DNA of 44,379 nt from Candidatus Gastranaerophilales bacterium (lineage in GTDB: Bacteria > Cyanobacteriota > Vampirovibrionia > Gastranaerophilales > Gastranaerophilaceae), in assembly GCA_944323435.1 (NCBI GenBank), contig CALUSN010000001.1, forward strand, positions 1 through 44,379. Reading direction: 5' to 3'. Below are positions 39,507 through 44,379 of the stretch, in pieces. Made by a program: the position numbers and the translations under genes. Below the pieces are notes generated by a model. It was not told the DNA's origin. It saw only the letters and a list, made by a program, of their open reading frames with translations, and ran no database searches. Each line of letters starts with the position of its first letter. Within the stretch, counting starts at the first letter, position 1.

Positions 39507-39533
39507 TTATCGGCACATTTCTATAAAACTTTA
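39507..39533 (-). promoter_or_regulatory. sigma-28 (FliA/SigD) promoter
   Basis: Minus strand TAAA-GTTTTATAGAAATGT(15)-GCCGATAA, exact consensus, followed by AAGGAG RBS and the ATG at 39479. Confidence 0.88.
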
Positions 39534-39550
39534 GGTAATAAGAAATATTT

Positions 39551-39568
39551 GTTACAAAAATTTACATG
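39551..39568. promoter_or_regulatory. HLR1-like period-10 direct repeat (OmpR-family operator candidate)
   Basis: GTTACAAA-AA-TTTACATG, 15/16 match to KTTACAWW-N2-KTTACAWW; same orientation relative to its gene as boxes A-D. Confidence 0.6.
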
Positions 39569-39589
39569 GATATATAGTACAATTAATCT

Positions 39590-40351
39590 ATGCCAAGATT
39601 AAACAAATACATAGCATCAACCGGACTCTGTTCTAGAAGAAAAGCGGATGAACTTATTCTGGAAGGAAGAGTGAGGGTTAATGATAAGATAATCGAAGAA
39701 TTGGGATTCCACGTACGAGAAAAAGATAAGGTTTATGTGGATAATAAGCTTGTTCGACCGCAAAATCTTGAATATTACAAGTTTTTTAAACCCGCAGGAT
39801 ATATTACAACATCTGATGATGAAAAAAACAGAAAAACTATTTATGATATTATTCCGCCCGAACTTTCACATTTAAAGCCGGTCGGAAGGCTGGATAAGGA
39901 TTCAACAGGACTTATTATTCTTACAAATGACGGTGAACTTATTAACGATATGACACATCCGTCGATAAAAGTTCCGAAAATTTATCTGGTACATATAAAC
40001 GGTAAATTCTCACCTGCTGATGCGGAAAAAATGTATAATGGTATTGAAATAGAGACTGATACAGGAGAAAAGAAAACAGCTTGCGCAGAAACAATGCCGG
40101 TTGAAATCGGCAATAATTCTTCCGCAATTCAGGTAACTCTGTATCAGGGAATTAACCGCCAGATAAGAAAAATGTTTGCAAAGCTTGGCTTTGAAGTTGA
40201 AAGCCTGAAGAGAGTTCAGCACGCAACAATTACTCTCGAAGGAATGAAAAGAGGACAGGTAAAACTCTTAAAGCCAAAACAGGTTAAGGAACTTAAAAAC
40301 TATATTGCAAAGATTAAGAGGGAATATGCTCAAAGTTGCAATAACGGGTAA
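39590..40351 (+). CDS. rRNA pseudouridine synthase (RsuA/RluB family)
   Basis: S4 domain RLNKYIA...SRRKAD, catalytic VGRLDKDSTGL, GINRQIRKM. Confidence 0.93.
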   Translation: MPRLNKYIASTGLCSRRKADELILEGRVRVNDKIIEELGFHVREKDKVYVDNKLVRPQNLEYYKFFKPAGYITTSDDEKNRKTIYDIIPPELSHLKPVGRLDKDSTGLIILTNDGELINDMTHPSIKVPKIYLVHINGKFSPADAEKMYNGIEIETDTGEKKTACAETMPVEIGNNSSAIQVTLYQGINRQIRKMFAKLGFEVESLKRVQHATITLEGMKRGQVKLLKPKQVKELKNYIAKIKREYAQSCNNG

Positions 40352-40892
40352 TATAGCCTCCGGAAAGTCTCAGGTTGAAAGAATAATTTCCGAAAAATAT
40401 CCGGTCTATGATACGGATAAAATTGCCCGCAAAATTCTTGATAATGTGAAGAATTTCTACGGCTATGATGTTTTTACCGGCGGAAAAATTGACCGGCAAA
40501 AGCTTGGAGCGCTTGTATTCTCTAACCCTGATTTAAAGAAGAAGCTTGAAGAAATGATTCATCCCAAGGTAAAAGAAGAGATTTTGAAAATTTTTGCGCT
40601 GGATATTCCTGTTGTATTTATATCAGTTCCTCTGCTTTTTGAAACGGGGTTTGACAAGCTTTTCGATAAAATTATATTTGTCTCGGCAGATTCAAAAACG
40701 AGATTAGTGCGCCTTATGAAGCGGAACAACTTAACAGAAGATGAGGCAATAAAAAGGATTAACTCACAAGCTCCGGAAGAGGATAAAATCCGGAAATCGG
40801 ATTTTGTGCTTTATAACAATTCAACTCTTACGGATTTGAAAGCCCAAACAGATTCACTCCTCGGCAATTTTACAGACAATAAAACTTCTTAA
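40326..40892 (+). CDS. coaE: Dephospho-CoA kinase
   Basis: ITGNIASGKS, IDRQKLG, IHP, VPLLFE. Confidence 0.95.
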   Translation: MLKVAITGNIASGKSQVERIISEKYPVYDTDKIARKILDNVKNFYGYDVFTGGKIDRQKLGALVFSNPDLKKKLEEMIHPKVKEEILKIFALDIPVVFISVPLLFETGFDKLFDKIIFVSADSKTRLVRLMKRNNLTEDEAIKRINSQAPEEDKIRKSDFVLYNNSTLTDLKAQTDSLLGNFTDNKTS

Positions 40893-40923
40893 TAATGACA
40901 AGCGTGTAAGCTTGCATTTCCAC

Positions 40924-41045
40924 GTAGGTCAGGTTTTACCTGACAATATTACAATAAATAGGTCGGGGCTTTAGTAGCAGTGTGGAGCTTGCTCCACAAA
41001 AGTTTTTGTTTTGTTAAGTATTTGTCGGGCTGAAGCCCGACCTAT
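40924..41045. repeat. Cluster of GTAG-type REP-like palindromes
   Basis: GTAG-GTCAGG-TTTTA-CCTGAC (40924), partial ATAGGTCGGGGCTTTAG, GTAGCAG-TGTGGAGC-TT-GCTCCACA, and an inverted copy ATAGGTCGGGCTTCAGCCCGACA (41023-41045). Confidence 0.7.
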
Positions 41046-41090
41046 ATTTCTGTAAGACTCTCTTTCGTGTCGTCCGTCAGTAAATCCGTT

Positions 41091-41180
41091 CTCCCACAAA
41101 GGGTGAGGGGAGGAACACGCTTAATGTTCAGCCTCCCCTCCCCTTGTGGGAGGGGCGAAATCTTTGATTTCGGGGAGGGG
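41091..41180. repeat. GC-rich long hairpin (CCCTCCCC/GGGAGGG class repeat)
   Basis: CTCCCACAAAGGGTGAGGGGAGG...CCTCCCCTCCCCTTGTGGGAG (41091-41152) followed by CGAAATC-TTT-GATTTCG. Confidence 0.7.
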
Positions 41181-41232
41181 TTTTATACAGATATTACGCC
41201 TGTAATTTTAATGCCTAAAATTATCATGGACA

Positions 41233-41499
41233 GTTCCCCCGCCAGCGTGGAGGGTTAGGGATGGGTAAAATAATCAAACGACAGCGCGTGTTCCCTCTCT
41301 AACGAGGAGGGTTAGGGAGAGGTAAAATAATCGAACGACAGCGCGTGTTCCCTCTCTAACGTGGAGGGTTAGGGATGGGTAAAATAATCGAACGACAGCG
41401 CGTGTTCCCTCTCTAACGTGGAGGGTTAGGGATGGGGAAAATAATCGAACGGCAGCGTATGTTCCCTCGCCCCTTTGGGGAGAGGGTTAGGGAGAGGGG
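41233..41499. repeat. 57-bp tandem repeat, about 4.7 copies
   Basis: Unit GTTCCCTCTCTAACGTGGAGGGTTAGGGATGGGTAAAATAATCGAACGACAGCGCGT starting at 41233, 41290, 41347, 41404 and 41461 (partial). Confidence 0.95.
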
Positions 41500-41596
41500 C
41501 TGAATCTAAATTACAAGTCTGCCGTCATCCTGAATCCGACAGTCATTCAGGGGTGAAGAATCTCTTTAACCACTATATATCTAACTACTTTAACTT

Positions 41597-42829
41597 TTAA
41601 TATTTATTAGAGAGTTTCATTGCCTTGTACATCTCAAAAACACTTATAAGAAAGAACATTCCGAATACAAGCAGGTAGGATTGGTTTGAGTATACAAGGA
41701 TATTTCCGGTTTTTTGCGGTGCAAAAACATTGAGTAAAAAACCTGCTGCAGTACCTAAAATTCCGACCATCATAAAGAAGCCGAAGTTCATAATACTTAC
41801 GGCAGTTCCTGATACCATTTTTCTGTTTGTTAAATGCAGAACCGGTACCAGAAGCGACGTAAGGCTGGCATTAGCTGCTAAAATGCAGAAAATTACTGCA
41901 ATAGCGTCTGTTCGTATATTTAAAATTAGAAATAAACATATCAGCAGCAGTGATACAAACGTTATGACCGATGCGTTTTTCAAAAATATTACTCTATGGT
42001 TGTGGCACATTTTGCAGAATGAAGCGTTTACAATGTTGAAAACTGCCGCAATTACAGCCATGCCTGAAAGTACCATTGCGGCTTTAGAAGATGACATCAG
42101 GCAGAAATCTTCCAGAAATTTTTTACCTAAAATAGCCTGGATTGCGTAGGATATTCCAAAATTGCAGCAGGCAAAACTGAAAAGGTTTCTGTTATGTTTT
42201 TTGTGTAGAACAAGCCTGAACGGCAGGGTTCTCAGCTTTACGTTTTTGTTAATCTCCGGAAACTTTATTCTTGTGCAGAGCAGAGCGAAAATAATAACAG
42301 CTGCAATAACAACTCCGGCAAGGATTAGAAGAATTTCTCTCCAGTTTATATACTGCATAGCGTAAACAAACGGAGCGTTTGCTGCTATTCCGCCGGAATA
42401 TCCGATACAGAGCATTACAGATATTGCAATTCCGAAGTTTTTGTCGGAAAAACAGTCTTTAAGCTCTCTGATTAAACTCAGGTAGAACATGCTTCCGCCG
42501 ACACCCATTAAAGCACGGGAAATGTACATTATTGCAAGGTTTGAAGTTAGCGGAAATAAAAGGCAGCCGAGCGCTAAAACTACGCCGCCCGCCATCATTA
42601 CTCTTAAGCCGCCGTATCTGTCTACCAGAACACCATTAATTAACTGGCTGAAAGCGTATACGTACATAAAAATTGCTCCGAAAGCGGTTATATACGGAGC
42701 GCTTACGGAAAGCTCATGCTGCAGTACATCAAATACTGCTCCCGGAATTGCTATTCTCTGGAAATTTGCAAAGAAGTAAAACAATGACCCTAAAAAAAGG
42801 AGCAAAAATATGATTAGTTTGTTTTTCAT
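41597..42829 (-). CDS. MFS transporter
   Basis: About 12 TMs, motif A GVLVDRYGGLR. Confidence 0.92.
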   Translation of the reverse strand: MKNKLIIFLLLFLGSLFYFFANFQRIAIPGAVFDVLQHELSVSAPYITAFGAIFMYVYAFSQLINGVLVDRYGGLRVMMAGGVVLALGCLLFPLTSNLAIMYISRALMGVGGSMFYLSLIRELKDCFSDKNFGIAISVMLCIGYSGGIAANAPFVYAMQYINWREILLILAGVVIAAVIIFALLCTRIKFPEINKNVKLRTLPFRLVLHKKHNRNLFSFACCNFGISYAIQAILGKKFLEDFCLMSSSKAAMVLSGMAVIAAVFNIVNASFCKMCHNHRVIFLKNASVITFVSLLLICLFLILNIRTDAIAVIFCILAANASLTSLLVPVLHLTNRKMVSGTAVSIMNFGFFMMVGILGTAAGFLLNVFAPQKTGNILVYSNQSYLLVFGMFFLISVFEMYKAMKLSNKY

Positions 42830-42891
42830 ACCTTATGAATTTACCTCTAACAGAGAATTCTGTCAATTTTTACTTTTTTGTTCGCTGGTAC

Positions 42892-42920
42892 TTGCAAACT
42901 TTTTTTGGATACGCTATAAT
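42892..42920 (+). promoter_or_regulatory. sigma70-type promoter
   Basis: TTGCAA-N17-TATAAT, 18 nt before the ATG at 42939. Confidence 0.75.
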
Positions 42921-42938
42921 TCAGTCAGGAATGTGTAT

Positions 42939-43649
42939 ATGATAAGCAGTATTAATTCAAACTATCCTACACTGGAACGCATAGATACTTATCCCGAATT
43001 TAGTGAACGTTATGTTACAAAAAGTACGTCTGTAGTAGATGCCTTTATATCAAAGCGTAATAAAGCCCGTGTGCGTGACGTTACTGCAGGTGATAGGGTA
43101 AAAGCCGGAATTGGTGCGATTGCCGGATGTATTTTACCTATGATTTATATGATGAAAAAGCAAAAGGTTAAAAATCCATTTAATTTGCACTATGGTCTTA
43201 CAGAAATGGTTGTAATGTCTGCAACCTCAGTTGCCGGCGGTGTTGCAGCAGGTATGATAGGCGAGAATAAAGAAACTAACAAGAATAAAATAAAAGAAGG
43301 TGTTTTTCAGTTTATGAATGCATCTGTTCCAGCATGGGTTGTAGGCGGTGCATTAAAATTGTGTGAATCAAGCAAAAATTATAATAATATTCCCGGGAAA
43401 ATTCTTGCAATGATTGGCGGGTTAATTATCGGAATGTACGGCGCTGCATCAGTTTCTAATGTAATTTGCGACCCGCACGATAAAGTTCCGGATAGAAAAC
43501 TTACATTACTTGATTGTCTGGTTAATATCGACGATGCTCTGGGAGTTCTTGTGCTTGCCAAATTCCCTATAGTAGGGAAGCTTCATCTTGAACGCGCGCT
43601 TCCGTTTATTTACGCTTATTGCGGGTATAGAGCGGGTAAGAGTAATTAA
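42939..43649 (+). CDS. Hypothetical membrane protein
   Basis: Start MISSINSNYP chosen from the promoter and AGGA RBS; several Gly/Ala-rich hydrophobic helices. Confidence 0.8.
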   Translation: MISSINSNYPTLERIDTYPEFSERYVTKSTSVVDAFISKRNKARVRDVTAGDRVKAGIGAIAGCILPMIYMMKKQKVKNPFNLHYGLTEMVVMSATSVAGGVAAGMIGENKETNKNKIKEGVFQFMNASVPAWVVGGALKLCESSKNYNNIPGKILAMIGGLIIGMYGAASVSNVICDPHDKVPDRKLTLLDCLVNIDDALGVLVLAKFPIVGKLHLERALPFIYAYCGYRAGKSN

Positions 43650-43655
43650 ATTTTG

Positions 43656-43702
43656 AAAAAAGAATGGCGGTCGGGAGAATCCCGACCGCCATTCTTTTTT
43701 TT
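43656..43702. terminator. Bidirectional intrinsic terminator
   Basis: AAAAAAGAATGGCGGTCGGGA-GAA-TCCCGACCGCCATTCTTTTTTTT between convergent genes. Confidence 0.92.
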
Positions 43703-43704
43703 AA

Positions 43705-44379
43705 TTATATATTTGCAAGCTTTTTATAATAATCGTGAGCCTGTTCAAACTTGTAAGACAGATTAAACAATCTTGCTTCCGTAAGCTGCGGAGTCATAAT
43801 CTGCAGCCCGATAGGCATTCCGTCTCTGTCAAAACCTGCCGGTACTGAAATTGCAGGAAGTCCTGCCAGGTTAGCAGAAATTGTCGCAATATCTGTCAGA
43901 TACATTGAGAGCGGATCTTCTGTTTTAGCTCCTAAATCAAAAGCAGTATTAGGGCAAGTAGGAGCAAGAAGCGCATCCACTTTTTCAAATGCCTTCAGGA
44001 AATCCTCAGTTACAACTCTTCTCATCTGGAGAGCTTTTTTATAATAAGCATCATAATAACCTGATGAAAGAGCGTAAGTTCCGAGCATTATACGACGTTT
44101 AACTTCCGGTCCGAAACCTTCCGCACGGGTTTTGCAATACATTTCAAGAAGATTTTTAGCATCAGCAGTTCTGTGACCGTATTTTACGCCGTCAAAACGT
44201 GCAAGGTTAGAGCTGCATTCTGCAGTTGCTAAAATATAATAAATACCGATTGAATGCTTAAGGTTCGGAAGCGAAACTTCAATTACTTCCGCACCTAAAG
44301 ATTTATATGTTTCAATAGCATTTTGAATAGCTTTTTGAACATCTTCCGCAAGTCCTTCTGAAACCAGTTCTTTCACAAC
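43705..44379 (-). CDS. gatA: Glu/Asp-tRNA amidotransferase subunit A, 3' part (5' end beyond window)
   Basis: SSNLARFDG, GFGPEVKRRIMLGTYALSSGYYDAYY, DPLSMYLTD, GMPIGLQ. Confidence 0.96.
   Translation of the reverse strand, partial: VVKELVSEGLAEDVQKAIQNAIETYKSLGAEVIEVSLPNLKHSIGIYYILATAECSSNLARFDGVKYGHRTADAKNLLEMYCKTRAEGFGPEVKRRIMLGTYALSSGYYDAYYKKALQMRRVVTEDFLKAFEKVDALLAPTCPNTAFDLGAKTEDPLSMYLTDIATISANLAGLPAISVPAGFDRDGMPIGLQIMTPQLTEARLFNLSYKFEQAHDYYKKLANI

Noticed and set aside
41067-41258. 63-aa ORF, and an open minus-strand frame through the 57-bp array
   Set aside because: Translations (LPSPCGRG, PSLTLHVREG) are typical read-through of palindromic repeats; no RBS or credible start
41233-41499. 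CRISPR array
   Set aside because: Units repeat over their whole 57 bp with no unique spacers, and there are no cas genes in the window
42810-42938. N-terminal 43 codons of the 279-aa ORF call
   Set aside because: Overlaps the divergent MFS start and contains a consensus sigma70 promoter; ATG at 42939 preferred

Overview
Low-GC bacterial chromosomal window with about 42 supported CDS and no rRNA, tRNA, CRISPR, transposase or phage genes that I can see. Housekeeping genes (PMM/PGM, folP, dciA, nrnA, ilvC, dnaX, infB, ylxR, prfA, pseudouridine synthase, coaE, partial gatA) are interleaved with single lineage-specific hypothetical genes. The protein styles (e.g. the MGMAASQAR... family) suggest to me a non-photosynthetic cyanobacterial relative (Melainabacteria/Gastranaerophilales); this is inference, not a search result. 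Main observation: four hypothetical genes share a conserved three-part upstream element: a period-10 direct repeat resembling the cyanobacterial HLR1/RpaB box, then 15-16 nt, TGAAAT, then a near-identical 20-mer TACTTTATATATATGTAAGA 21-24 nt before the ATG. The same direct-repeat box sits 16-17 nt upstream of a perfect sigma-28 promoter driving an EF-hand plus lethal-factor-like zinc protease. The window also has a lone fliO next to nonulosonate synthesis genes, two proteins with conserved terminal helices around a variable core (flagellin-like layout) and a glycogen-synthase homologue with an altered active site. Together these suggest a dispersed regulon of proteins exported by a flagellar/type III route (hypothesis). 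Other points: an A10 slippery run in dnaX, a secreted CxPC-repeat protein, and a cluster of palindromic repeats with a 57-bp tandem array at 40.9-41.6 kb.
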